DNA of 64,000 bases from Raillietiella orientalis (lineage: Eukaryota), in contig JAYWIR010000085.1 of the NCBI GenBank assembly GCA_036172245.1, positions 1 to 64,000 on the forward strand, read 5' to 3'. Both the position numbers and the translations under genes were made by a program. The notes beneath the pieces were generated by a model. The model searched no databases. It saw nothing but the letters and a program-made list of their open reading frames with translations, and was not told the origin of the DNA. This document shows, one piece after another, positions 39,601-51,369 of the stretch. The stretch's first letter is position 1. The number at the start of each line of letters is the position of its first letter.

Positions 39601-41046
39601 AACATTGAACCTATCGTAGAAAACGATGCTAGAGGGTTTAGAAAGTATAGGAAGGAGCTTTTCATTCCCACAGGCTCGAATGCTAAAGTGCTGGTTACCG
39701 AATTGCTGTCTTGTGGGGGAGTGTTGGGTGGCGCGAGTATATGTGAGCTTCCCGGCAACGCTGGCGAGCCTCCCTGATCCTTTACAGAAAAGACGAGCTC
39801 TAAATGGCTCCAGGGAAGAGCACGGCGTGATATACAGAGAGGGGAGGATCCTGCATCTCGCCGACCAACCTTCTACTCTTCCTCCCGCTTAATCGCTACA
39901 ACGAACTCCCTCTGGAACTGGAAACGATGCGACAATCTGGACTTCTCGCTTTCCTTCCTTGCCACCTCCCGTGAACAGGGGATCGCTACCAGGCGAGGCC
40001 CGCCATGACTGCCGCTGGTCTCCATTGCCGTCTCCTTCTTTTTCCCTGACCATCTTCCAGTCACGGGGCCAACTGCCCTTCGAGCGGAGCGCGGCTCCCC
40101 GTAACAGTGGACAGTCTTGGTTTCCGAATCCTTCCTTCCCCCTCCCTCGAGTGGCGCACGATCTCCAGCAGCACTCCACGCCCACGAGAGCCATCCTCCG
40201 AGGAGCTCTTCCCGGGTCGAGGATGCAAGGGACGTCCACGCTGCTCGGTGTCCCCACGTCCAACGCCGCTGCCACTGTTCCTCCTGCCGAGGTTCTTCTC
40301 CGATCGGTGGTTGTCGCGGCGCTCCTATTTCACCTCTCTTTCCCGCGCCCTCACGCTTCCCGAGATGCGGCCGTGCAACAGCCGAACGGCGCTAGTGGAA
40401 AGGCATCCAGAGAGCTCCTGAAGAAGAACACAGGACGATGGTATTCGGTCGGCATCCTTGCAATCGCACGCCACTGGAGGATGGCCACAAGGGTCAAGGA
40501 GGAGGTGGATGAACCCAAGAGAGGGAAAAGCAGTAGAAGGAGGAAAGGGGGCAGAGGAAAAATTTTCCGCTCCTGTATGAAGTTGTGTCCCCCCCCCCAA
40601 AAAAAAAAAAAAAAAACACATTGCCGAATGGGGGAAGGCTGAAGTGGGACCATCTCTCAGTGCCTTCTTGGGGTGCGAGCAAAACTACACGCCAGAATCC
40701 GGTGGAGCTGCCAGCGCTTCGGGATTCCCGGAACTTTTCATCCCGGTTTCCCGAGTTTCCTTCTACCAGGAATGCGGGAGCGAAAGAGAGGAGGAGAGAG
40801 GGAGAAGGAGTGACCCTACGGATCTCCGTCGCTTCCGCAAGGGTGCTCTCCAGGAGATGACCCACCCCAGCCGACGGGAACAGGACGCCTTCCCTGGACG
40901 CTGGAGATCTCCCTTGAGCGGAGGAACCCTTGAGATCAGCGAGGCACAGAAACGTCCCGTACGAGGGGAAGGAAGGGCGTTCCCTTCTCCCTTCGCACGT
41001 TAGCGCACGCGCAAATCAGGGCGGGGAACCCTTTATGCAGAAACGT

Positions 41047-41051
41047 TCAGT
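41047..41051 (+). promoter_or_regulatory. Candidate initiator (TCAGT) of the Not gene
   Basis: TCAGT 35 nt upstream of the ATG. Confidence 0.3.
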
Positions 41052-41081
41052 CCGCACGTGGGGCTGCAGTGCGCGGTCCGC

Positions 41082-41900
41082 ATGGCAACGGTCGCTGCGT
41101 TCTCCCGACTCGTCTCAAGACCCCTGGATCTGTCCCAGTGCGCGCCCGAGTGCTGCTCGGTCCCTCCCTTTTCTCGGAATCCCTTCAGCATAGACGCCAT
41201 CCTGGGTCGGGATGGGTTCAGGAGAGGGAACTTCTCCCTGCCCCCACAAAGCGGCAGCAGCAACCGAGGTGAGGAGGAGAGGGAAAGGGGGAGGAAAAGG
41301 GAGAGGAGGAAGAGAAGTGGAGAGGCGCTTCTCCTCCTCTCTACCATGCGCACGCCCTCTCCGCCCTTTCTCGGGAGACCCCGGCCGTCTTTCATCCCTC
41401 CTCTCCCCTCAGGCGAGGAAGTTGGCACCACCGTCAGCGACTCCCCGTCCGCCCCTGCGGCGAAGCCCCGGTCCAAGAGAATGCGCACGACCTTCAGCCC
41501 GGACCAGGTGGAGCAGCTGGAGAGGATCTTCCGCGCCCGGCAGTACATGGTTGGTCAGGAAAGACTGCACCTCGCGGCGACTCTCCGCCTCACGGAGGCG
41601 CAGGTGAGCGCACCCCGAACCTCCTCCCCTCCCCTTCCGGTCTTGCCCGCCCACGTGTTTACTCGACAGTCGCCGCACGAGCGCCCCCTCTTTCAGGTGA
41701 AAGTGTGGTTCCAGAACCGCAGGATCAAGTGGCGCAAGCAGCAGATGGAAGCCTTCCGGCAACGCTGGAGAACCGATGCGAGCCAGAACTCCGCCCTGAG
41801 CGGCCCCTCGGCCCCTTCCCCGGTTTCCCCCCTCCCTCCTCCCTCTCCTGTCCCTCCTCCTACGCACCAGCGGAGGCAAGAAACCTGCTTCTCCACATAG
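41082..41900 (+). CDS. Not: Not/Noto-family (NKL, ANTP class) homeobox transcription factor; predicted exons 41082-41268, 41413-41603, 41697-41900 (193 aa)
   Basis: Homeodomain KRMRTTFSPDQVEQLERIFRARQYMVGQERLHLAATLRLTEAQ/VKVWFQNRRIKWRKQ (QYMVG and IKWRK are Not-like); eh1 motif FSIDAIL; GT-AG intron 41604-41696 at the usual helix-3 position. Intron 1 is less certain. Confidence 0.92.
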   Translation: MATVAAFSRLVSRPLDLSQCAPECCSVPPFSRNPFSIDAILGRDGFRRGNFSLPPQSGSSNRGEEERERGRKRERRKRSGEALLLLSTMRTPSPPFLGRPRPSFIPPLPSGEEVGTTVSDSPSAPAAKPRSKRMRTTFSPDQVEQLERIFRARQYMVGQERLHLAATLRLTEAQVSAPRTSSPPLPVLPAHVFTRQSPHERPLFQVKVWFQNRRIKWRKQQMEAFRQRWRTDASQNSALSGPSAPSPVSPLPPPSPVPPPTHQRRQETCFST

Positions 41901-42940
41901 TAGCCGCCGTCTCCCCCCACGTCTTCCCCTTGGGCACGGTGGCGGCACTGTCTGGAAGGTTCTCGGTGAGGGAGGGCAGCAGGAAAGGCGACGCGTCTGG
42001 GCGCACCCTGCACAGGTGGCGCGAAGGACCGCAGCTCCTCCTCCACCCTTTGAGGCCACGGGAAACGAACAAGGGGGGAGGTGAACAGAGAGCAACTGCC
42101 TCTCCCCTGTTCTCGGATGGGGGGAAGGAGGAGTTGCGCTATCCCTTGTTCCTTGGAAGCATCCGTCCAAGGGCCACTTCGGCGTCTTTCAGGCCGCTCT
42201 TTCATGCGGTCCCCTCCCCTTGCCCGTCTCCCTCCCTCCCTGCCTGAGGGCTCCAGGTGTCTCTCCCCCCGTCGGGAATACGGAAACTTCGAGAAGCAGG
42301 AGGTCTGTCCCCTCCTTCCCTCTCCGGAGCAAGGAAAACACACATTGCCCTTCAGAGGCTTCCCTTACGTGAAGGATTTACTTTCCCTGGAACCGCCGAA
42401 TGAAATAGGGACCATGGAGTCTTCGGACATTCCTTGCGTAGGGCACGCTTCCTCTTCCGGAAGTTCAGAGGGTCCAAAGTGGAACTCCAAGCCGGAGATG
42501 GCCCAAAGAAGGCGTTCCCTGAAAGGAAAGTCCAGGAACAATGATGCGGCGATGTCCAGCGTCCTCTGGACGGCACCCAGACCCCGGGCCCCAGTGTGAA
42601 AATGGGTGGGGGGAAAGATTTCGATCTCCCCTTTTCTCGCCTCCTACGCTGCTTCATCTTCCGAGCTTTGATTCCGGGAGAGGAGCTGGTATCGTCATCC
42701 TCCACTCACGGCGCAGATGCATCCGGCTGTCCCTCCTCGACCTACATCAAAAGCGCCAACTCTAGGCGAAGAGGCGCCACGGAAAATCCCATCTGGCCAT
42801 TCTTCTTTGACCAGCGGAGCGGAAGTAATTAGTCCTCTTCCTATCCTCTTCGGTCGTCTGTTCCGGAGACGCAAAGTTCTGTTCCAGTGATGAACTGGAG
42901 GATACGCTCACCAAGCGCTAATGCTCTCGGAAAGGAATGC

Positions 42941-42946
42941 AATAAA
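42941..42946 (+). terminator. Candidate polyadenylation signal of Not
   Basis: First AATAAA seen downstream of the stop codon, about 1 kb away. Confidence 0.4.
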
Positions 42947-43114
42947 TGTTCCCTAAAAGATAATTACATAAGTTTCCAGGCAACCTAAGGATCTTTCATT
43001 GAGGGATTACTCTCAATAAACGTCAGGCGCATTTGGAATTTCCTTCTTCTCCTTTCTTTAATCCTGTGGCGTGATATGGCTCGCATACATTTCGGTCGGA
43101 CGGCGTCCTGCCGC

Positions 43115-43128
43115 GTAACCATGGAAAC
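43115..43128. promoter_or_regulatory. X-box (RFX site) match
   Basis: GTAACCATGGAAAC fits RTHNYY-WT-RRNRAC. Confidence 0.45.
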
Positions 43129-43794
43129 GGCGATGATATTAAATTCCGCTGTGACCTTTGGAATGCTCCCATTCCGTAATTGCCCAAATAGCGTATTCTT
43201 CATCCGTCCCCGGGACCCACGGATCCATTCAAACGAGACGACACTCTTTGCGCTCCCATCTGTGCGGTCGACGAGGGGGATGAGCTTTGGAGCGATAGGG
43301 GGCGGATGAACAGGGGTGTGCAGCCCTCGCATGGAAGGCACGGCAACGCTCTCTACGTGAATGGAGAAGGGAAAACAGCACTAAGATGGGAGGAATATTT
43401 ATAGAAAAAGAAAAAGCCTCGGTCGTTCGAATCCAAGTCCTCCACCCTCTTTCAGCTGGACTCCCCACGGAGCAGAGAACTTCATCTTGGATCTTCGCTC
43501 GCGTGCCGGCAATAAAGGCACGGGCGAGACCGGACGCCTTCCGACGCACGCAGGAGGTTGCATGGCGGCAGTTCCAGGGAGAGGCGCGCGCGCTCGCCAT
43601 AGGGAAGAAGCGACAACGAGGTGTGATCGGGAAGCCATAAATCCTTTTGGGTTCATTTCTGTCTTCGCTCCTTTCCTTCCAGGTTTTTTTTCTTTCGGGT
43701 TTTCCTTTTTTTGGTTCGCTGAGTGCCTCAGGAACCGCCGTTCGTCCGGCGGCTGAGTAAGCTCTTTGACACGGGTTCACGCTGAGCAAGGGGC

Positions 43795-44415
43795 ATGTAG
43801 TAACGCTTCAAGTTAGGGGGTACTCCGGGAGGGGGAACCGCCCTATGGATCCGGGAAGGACTCTGGAGGAAGGAATCTGCTCCTCTCACGCTTGGTAGAG
43901 GAATCCCTTTCTCATTCTCTCCGCATTGACCCTCTGGAAAGAATCCGTTCCTGGAATTTCTTCTCCGGAGGGAACCCGCAAGGGAACCGCTCCCTGTTTC
44001 CTCCTCTCCTGAAGAGAACCCCGAAGGGACGCTGCCAGATTTTTTCTGAATTGTCGCTCCCCTAAGGGAGCAGCGCGCTTCTCCACACTCTGGAGAGGGA
44101 TCAACCAACTCCCTGGATAAAGGATCCCCAGAGGGAGGGAAGGAGGTTCCATTTGCACAGACCGATGGGAAACCCCTAGGGGAACCGGTTCCTTGATTCT
44201 ATTTCCAGGAAGGACCCCGGAGGGTTGACTCCCGATCCCGGCCACTCAACGGGTTTTCTTTTTTACCAGCTCCTACCAGTGCCTCACCCGATTATGGGCC
44301 AACCAGCGTCATCTTGCAGGGGGAACACGACGCATCCGTTACTCTGGCGTCGATCTTCTGGTGGGATTCGAACCCGTGACACTTGGTGCCACGCTCGAAG
44401 ACCACATGGCCTCCT
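43795..44415 (-). mobile_element. tRNA-derived SINE, copy D (most complete)
   Basis: Perfect B-box GGTTCGAATCCC; ~600-bp body shared with copies A-C. Confidence 0.8.
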
Positions 44416-44453
44416 GCGTCGGCAAATCGATGTTTATGTGCAATCCCGTTCCG

Positions 44454-44698
44454 TCAGAACCTTCCACTCAAGGTCTGTCCTTGCAAGACCTCCCAGTGCT
44501 GTTCTTCGTTGGATTTCTGAGATCAGTTCGAAGTGGGGCAGAGGGACCATCAGTTGGCCACCCCAACGAGAAGTGGGATCTGCGTCTGCATGAATGCCTC
44601 ACCCCCTCTGCTGGAGCGACGAGATCTGAGGAGCATGACCTAGGAGTAGGCAAGAATGCGTCGGCAGAGTGGACGGTGGTTAGCCACGGCGTGGCCTG
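44454..44698. repeat. Dispersed ~245-bp repeat, copy 1 (probably a LINE ORF2 3' fragment on the minus strand)
   Basis: Collinear with 48105-48348; the minus frame reads SCLLLGH...HFELISEI..RT.LEWKVL in both copies. Confidence 0.8.
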
Positions 44699-44970
44699 TT
44701 GGGAGAGAGGGCAGTAGCCACCTCAGAAAGCGTCAAGGTCGTTACCAATCGAACTCGGAATGTCGAATCCCGCAGGTCCGATCCATGCCTCTCAACCCTT
44801 CGACTACTGACTGTTGCTTGACATTCTATTAATTGCTCATTGTGTGACTATTTATTGTTGAACAGATCAAGCGCTTTGATTGTTGCACTGCTAGTGACTG
44901 TTGAGCTGTTAGATCTTATTTGTTGATCTATTCGTGCGAAGCATCACTTATCATTAAAACCCCCATTAAA

Positions 44971-45005
44971 ACATTTTTAACGTGGCAGGGCCACGTTAAA
45001 AATGT
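44971..45005. repeat. Perfect 16-bp inverted repeat with 3-nt loop
   Basis: acatttttaacgtggc-agg-gccacgttaaaaatgt. Confidence 0.9.
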
Positions 45006-45009
45006 AACC

Positions 45010-46800
45010 ATGGCAACCTGCCGAGAACCGGGAAGCAGGCCGGCGAGGATCACCCCGGCCTCAGAGGGGAAGAGGGAGGGGGGGGGCAAACAACAGGAAA
45101 AATGAAACAAACAAATATATATACAAAAGAAATCGGAGGGTTCGGGAAGGGATCACCGGATGCTGGAGGCTGTCCTTTGCATCCTTTCCAGATGCCGGTG
45201 AGTTCCTGTTCCAAGACTCCCAGATGGGGCCATCTTAATGCTGTTCTCATAGAGAGGACAGCAAAATAGATGGCGTTCCTGTCGTTCTGGCCTCCTCTGG
45301 AGTTGCTCCATGCAGCCATGGTCCCGCTGCGTAGGCAGTAAAGTGCTGCTAGGGATACGGCCACGGTGAGGGCGTTGCACAGGAAGAGGCGCTTCGGAAC
45401 GTTTCTGGCGTTGCAGCTGGGGGTTCCAAAGATCACAATAAAGCGTCCCAGGGTGGTTTTTTGCCCAAGACAGAGCGCGTCGAAATGAACACAAAGCATG
45501 TTTTCCAGCCTAGAGTTCGGGTTATAATAAGGCACAGCCTGTGGCACAGATTTCATGGTAGTCCCCAGAGGATCGTCCAGCAAAATATGAGAGTTCTTTG
45601 TTTGTAAACGAACAATCTGAGGCACGTGAATTCATTGGTTGTGCCAATAATCCACACGTTCTCGGTGATGTCGCGGATTGGCTTCGTGTCAGTTGAAGAT
45701 TTCCAGAAAATGATCTCTGCTTCTTAAGGAGCCAGAAGGAAAACCTCCAAGGACACATGACGTGTGCAAAAATCACTATGTGAATTATGGGTCGGATGAT
45801 GCTGCTTGCTTTTGGCGTACAGCAACTCATCTGCTTGCTCCTGACGAGCGGAATACTTGCTCTGAACTACTTGAAAGATCGCCCATTCGGATTTGGAAGG
45901 ATTCTGGCACGATCGAGATGACTGTGCTCCTTCCTCTGAAAAATTCCTCCTTTGCACCTGTGCCTTTCATACGGGCGCTCCGGGAGCTTCGGAGCAAGCC
46001 GCCGGAGGAGGAGCTTTCGAATTGGTGCCTGATGCAGCTTGATCATCAAAACGTTCTTCTTGGAGGAATTACGGAATGCACTATTGGTAGAGAACAGGTT
46101 CTCGGAGGCAGCGTACTGGGAAGCATCGAAGGAGATCATTGGGTTCCTGGGGCTTACTCAGATTCTTCTGATGGGGTCAACATAGCCTAACCGGGATCTG
46201 CAGGCGTTCTAATCGATAGGAACCAACAAGATGAGGGAGGAAGCAAAGAAAAAACCAGTGCGCTTAAGGGGAATGCTGATGCTTATGCGGGAAAAATTCG
46301 AAAGAGCATGATCCGCGGCAGCTCTCCAGGAGGAAGAAATTCGGAATGCAAACTCTTCAAAGGTTAAGGTCGCAGCCGATAACTGAGAATCGGGATCAGA
46401 AGGTTCCCGCAACACCCATACTGCATGAAATCCAATGTTGCCTGGCGCTCTCTTTATACGGAACGCAAGTTTCAACGCAAGTTTCAACCTTTCATTCATT
46501 CGACATCAGCGAAAAATCCAGTGCTGAAGAACATCGGTCGCGAATTGAAATCTCCCTTAGTGACCACTCGGTGGTCTCTGGAAACAAGATCAGCTTCCTG
46601 CCATCTTTGAAGCTGCCTTCAAATCACAACCAATTACTTGTGAGGCAGCTACGTCAAATTGTTCAGCGTTTGCCGGGGGAGAAACTCCCGGAGACGAAAA
46701 TCAAGAACTCGTCTCAAGAGCAGCAAAACCGCAGGTACCCAGCTGCCTACGCCTTAGGACATGATAAGAACAAGATAATTAAGAAACCTCGATCTGAGTT
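45010..46800 (-). mobile_element. L1/Tx1 ORF2 relic (RT end, zinc finger, 3' UTR)
   Basis: SQLSAATLTF and LSNFSRISI (decayed RT motifs), DCSFTNKE..HILLD (zinc finger), then a T-rich and C-rich UTR laid out like 300-501. Confidence 0.55.
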
Positions 46801-46899
46801 CACGTGAAGCGAATGGTCCACGTAGACTCCCAGAAAGTTTCTATCGTGATTTCTAAGCATCTAACTCGTTAGGAAAGGTCATGATTAGTCAACTTCATC

Positions 46900-49800
46900 G
46901 ACTGCACCGGAAGAGGGTAGCAGCGTTGAGAGTTACGCCCTTCGAATGCTCTTCCGCACTTACCAATGAGACGGCAGGACGCATACCGGAAACTTCAGCT
47001 CCGTATGCTGCCTCTCCAGGTATAGCCCACCATCCATCTTCTCGGCTGAGCAGCCCCAGTTGCTCTTCGATCTTCATCCAGCGAGATGCGACTCTCGAAA
47101 TTCTCCGCACCCATATCCTGTGCGTCCTGGGGCCCAGTGTCGGACCCTTCCTTCTCTTCCGTTCCGGATCACCTTCGCTTCCCTTCAGAGGTTCTTCGGA
47201 GGTGTCGAAAGTAGGACGAGTAGTGGACTGCTCTCCCTTTCCCATATCCTGGATTATTCTCTGGGTTTTCAATTTCTCGTCAGAGTTCTTTCCGAGAGCG
47301 GACGCTGCCGTCTTTGCATTCATCGAGGTGCATCCGAGCAACGTCCACCCGCCCCACCCCACCATCGTCAGTTGCCTGCTCTCCGATCGTCCGAGTCTCG
47401 GACTCGTGCGAGCTGGACCACCTTGCCCCACTCGCTCACTTCTTTTCCCTCTCTGGGTATTCCTTCTTGGCGGGTCGCGTCTTCCTGAGCAGCTTCCTGC
47501 TCCAGACAATCTCCCAGGAAGCGCGCGGTCACTCGAGCTCTACCCTTGGGGTGGAGGAAGGTCCGAGACCGGCCTGCTTCCCTCCTCCCCGGTCCCTGTC
47601 TCGAGCGACGGCGCCCTTGATCCTCCTCGCGAGCCTTTTTGGGCACGATCCGACATCGAAAGGTGACATCACTCGTCCCATGCGGTTCCTTTCGCTCGGA
47701 GCGGGCATTACCGACTTTCTGACCGGAGACGGCGCACACAGCGTTCCCTTCGCATCTCCTTCTCAGGGTGGGATTAAACTAGGTTTTCCTTCATGCACCC
47801 CTCCCTCTCTTCCTTCTCACGACCTGGTCGGACGCCACTGCGTCGCAAATCCTGGAGCCGGATGGGAAATAGGAGGGAAACTTGGAGCTCAGCCTCTTAC
47901 GCGAGGATCTCCAGGAGTGCAGACATTCGGGGGCGTGGGAAAATTCAGAAATGCTTCCTTCGATGCGTCCCTTGCGGAAAAAGGGTCAGGAAGGGCCAAT
48001 GTAGGACCGACTTGAAGACATGCTTACCCTCGAGGCCAACCCGGCGGTCACCACAAATCTTCCGATTCCCGTTCTCTTCACTGATGCTCGGCCACCTGCG
48101 CTCCTCAGCACCTTCCACTCAAGGCTTGTCCTTGGAAGATCTCCCGGTACTGTTCTTTGTGAAATTTCTGAGATCAGTTCGAAATGGGCAGAGGGACCGT
48201 CAGTCGACCACCCCGATGAGAAGTAGGATCTGCGTTTGCTTGAATGCCTCACCCTCTCCGCTGGAGCGACGAGATCTGAAGAGCCATGACCTAGGAGTAG
48301 GCAAGAATACGTCGGCAGGGTGGGTGGTGGTTTGCCACGGCGTGGCCTGATGGGAGTGGGGGCAGTGCTGAGGATCCAAAGAGCAACCACAGAGAGGTAA
48401 CTTCCACCGGGGAGCGCATTTCGGCTAATGGAAAGCATGCCAAATCTCCTTTCTTCTTTGTCCTCCTCCTTGTCTGCCTTGCCTTCCTTCAAGGTCTCAC
48501 TTTTCCTTCCGATGGGCTGAACTTCCTTCTCTGGAAAAATTGGCCACCAAGAGATGCACAGGAACCTGGGAGGAAACAGGAGGAGGGATGAAATCGGAGG
48601 GTCTGCAAACGCGACTCCTTCCAATGGCAGAGGGTCTTCCTACCTACGCAAAAATCCTCTTTGATGGATCAACTTTTCCCCTTCTTCTTCTACCAGTACT
48701 TACAGGAAAACACGTGCGTCTTCTGAGTACACGCGAGTTCGAGGATTTTTATCCCGAGAGACTGAGGCGATCGAAGCTCACTTTAGGACAAACCCCTCTC
48801 TTTCCGACAAGTCCCCGAAACTCTACCTCCCCACCCATCCCCTTTTCTTCACGAAAAGCCGGAGCATATTCGATCCCACAAATTCTTCCAGACTCGGTAC
48901 ATCCACCAGCACACGCGTAGCTGGCTGCGGTCTCACACAAAGGAACCGCAAGATCAAGAAGAATCTCTCCTTCTTGCACTAGGGTGCCGGTGTAGGTAGT
49001 CCCAAGGACTGCTCATTCCAGAACACAGAGTGCATCCAGCATCCTGTCGAGGAGCGTGGAGGTGTGCTGCTCCTGCTAACTGAAGAAGTGGGAACTTTCT
49101 GGACATCATCATTAGACTTGCACCACCCAAGATCCCGAGATGACTCGACTCTCCTTGCTGCCCCGTGCATCTCATCGTCCTTCGCTTTCGTTGCGAGGAA
49201 ACCGTACTGGTGGAACCGATCCTGAATGCCTTTTAATTTGCCAAACAGACAGATGAAAGCTATGATCAAGTAACGTTTCCTGCTCTTCTGTCTGAGGTGA
49301 GATCTTCATGTGGGTTTGACAGATCAAGAAGCATTCTCGACCACCTTCTCCTTGCTTCTGAATCCAGTCCTTGGTTGCTTGTTTTTTTCTCGAATAGGAT
49401 GACAGGAGTTTCCGGAAGAAATTTCTGCACTCTGGAATGAAGAAGAATTTGATCACACAGTAGCATGGCACTTCCATTTTTTTAGGTGATCTCTCAGGGG
49501 ACATCATTCAGTTTTCAAAGACCATGGGGAAGTTCAGGATATCTACAGTTCCCTTTTTCATGGCGGCGAATGCTGAGGTTCTTCAGCAAGTGGAGTTATT
49601 TCCTTGGTTATCCGATGAAGAAGGTAGTTTGCAGGTGTATTCTACCTCCCTGCACGCGATAGTCATCACAGGATCGCGACTTCGAGATGCTTTTGCTACC
49701 GGAAGCCACTCCAGCGATCCAGGGGAGTTATGCGGAATCCTCAGCAAACCCAACTCTCACAGTGAGCAAAACCATCATCTCCTCCGGGAAGCTGAAGAAG

Positions 49801-50300
49801 CAGAAAGCAGAGGAAGAGAATGGTCTGCTCGTGGAACTTTACCAGTATCGCAGCAGAGCTCACTTTCTTGGTGCACCAGCCCTGCACACTGATTTGCTAA
49901 ACGGGCGAATTCGGTCAGCAAGAGTACCTCTCCTCCTCTTGGATAGTCTCACGCAACGTCAGCAACTGCAGTCCGATCACCGTGATCAATGTGGACTTTA
50001 AGCTGCTTGTGAAGCCATGTGTGCTTAGTGCCTAAGGCGGTTAGCCGACACTTTCATCACTCATGAACAGATGCATGCTGTTCCCAAACGGTGCATCGAG
50101 CTAACCTCTTCCTGACCAGTTGCAACAAAGTAAAAATAAATAAAGGAATTCTCTGCTGATCTATTTTCCTAGAAATTTCTCTGGAACACTTGGAGATTCC
50201 TGCTGTATTTAAGGATAGTTCCGTCCTTCCCCTAAAGTGGCAGGACTCAGCGCTGCAACCGGGGTTTTGGGCTCTCTCTTGTAGCGCTCGCCTACACCAA
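46900..50300 (-). mobile_element. Fragmented L1/Tx1 ORF2 relic with nested insertions
   Basis: 46920-46990 matches 57100-57170 and 48990-49200 matches 57275-57485; RT-like GGRIH and ILNFPMVFEN. Confidence 0.55.
48105..48348. repeat. Dispersed ~245-bp repeat, copy 2
   Basis: Collinear with 44454-44698. Confidence 0.8.
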
Positions 50301-51369
50301 TGCACCAGAAGAAGCTTGGCTCCGAGGTGGTTCCAGGTGAAGCAGAGATTGCCCCCCTCTACCACCACCACTACACGTGTTACTAGAGTGTTTCTCTCCG
50401 AAATGCACAGCGACTTTTTTCTGCAACCCTACAGCTTCCAGCAGATAACCCGTAGGACATTTTGAAACGCCTTCCGATGCTTAGTGCTGTGTCGTCTGCT
50501 TCGAAAAGAGCAGCCCTGTGTGTTGCCTCCACGGAGTCGAGGAGACAAGAAACCTTGCCAAAAGGGGACAAACTAACAGGGATGTTACTTCCATCCTGCC
50601 TTCTTTTCTCAGGAGGACAAGATGTGCGCACCTGCGGCGCCCCAGGGAAGAACTTGCTATGATCCTGGACAGGATGCAGAGGACGCCAAAGAGGCTACTG
50701 TGATCTCTTTTCTTGCCCCTTCCCCCCCCCCTTTCACGCAATTTGGAAAGCAATTGTTTTTCTTTACTCCCCTCTCATTTTTCCTTGCAGATCTCTCTGG
50801 GCAGCCTGCTTGAGAGAAGTGACGCTCTCCAGAAATAGAGCCGCTGTAGTGGGTTATAATCTCACTATGGAGGAATGAGTCTTTGCTTTTTATTTTGAGT
50901 GCCTACGTGAAAATGACTTTTACAGTGCCTCGGTGTAAACAGAATATTGAGTCTTCCGTTACTCAAGCCTAGGGAGTTCCTTGTTGCCACTTTTGTTTGT
51001 TGACCACCCTTCTCTTCTCTCGGGGACCCTGCGTGCTTCCGAGTGTGCTCGTTGACTCGTTTTCCCTTAAGACTAGACACACACCAACTGCAAAGTTCTC
51101 CCTTAGCGCGGACTTTCCGAGGAATGCCAACGAAGAGTCTCTCCATTTCTTGATCACCAGAACTCAGGAATCGTCGTGCCTGCAAAACCTGCCCTGGGAG
51201 AAGTCCCTGACATCCAGAGAGGGTGCTGTTCTTCTTCGAGTTTCATGATCCCATGAATTTCATCTGGTTTCCTTGATACTCCTGTTCTGGTTATCTTGGT
51301 GCCTACTTCAGTTCGTTAGCTATCTCCAAGCCGACGTCTGTTGACCAGATTCCAAGACAACCAGTGCCA

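Noticed and set aside
37621..40900. Long ORFs on both strands upstream of Not
   Set aside because: GC-rich low-complexity sequence with few stops; no recognisable domains.
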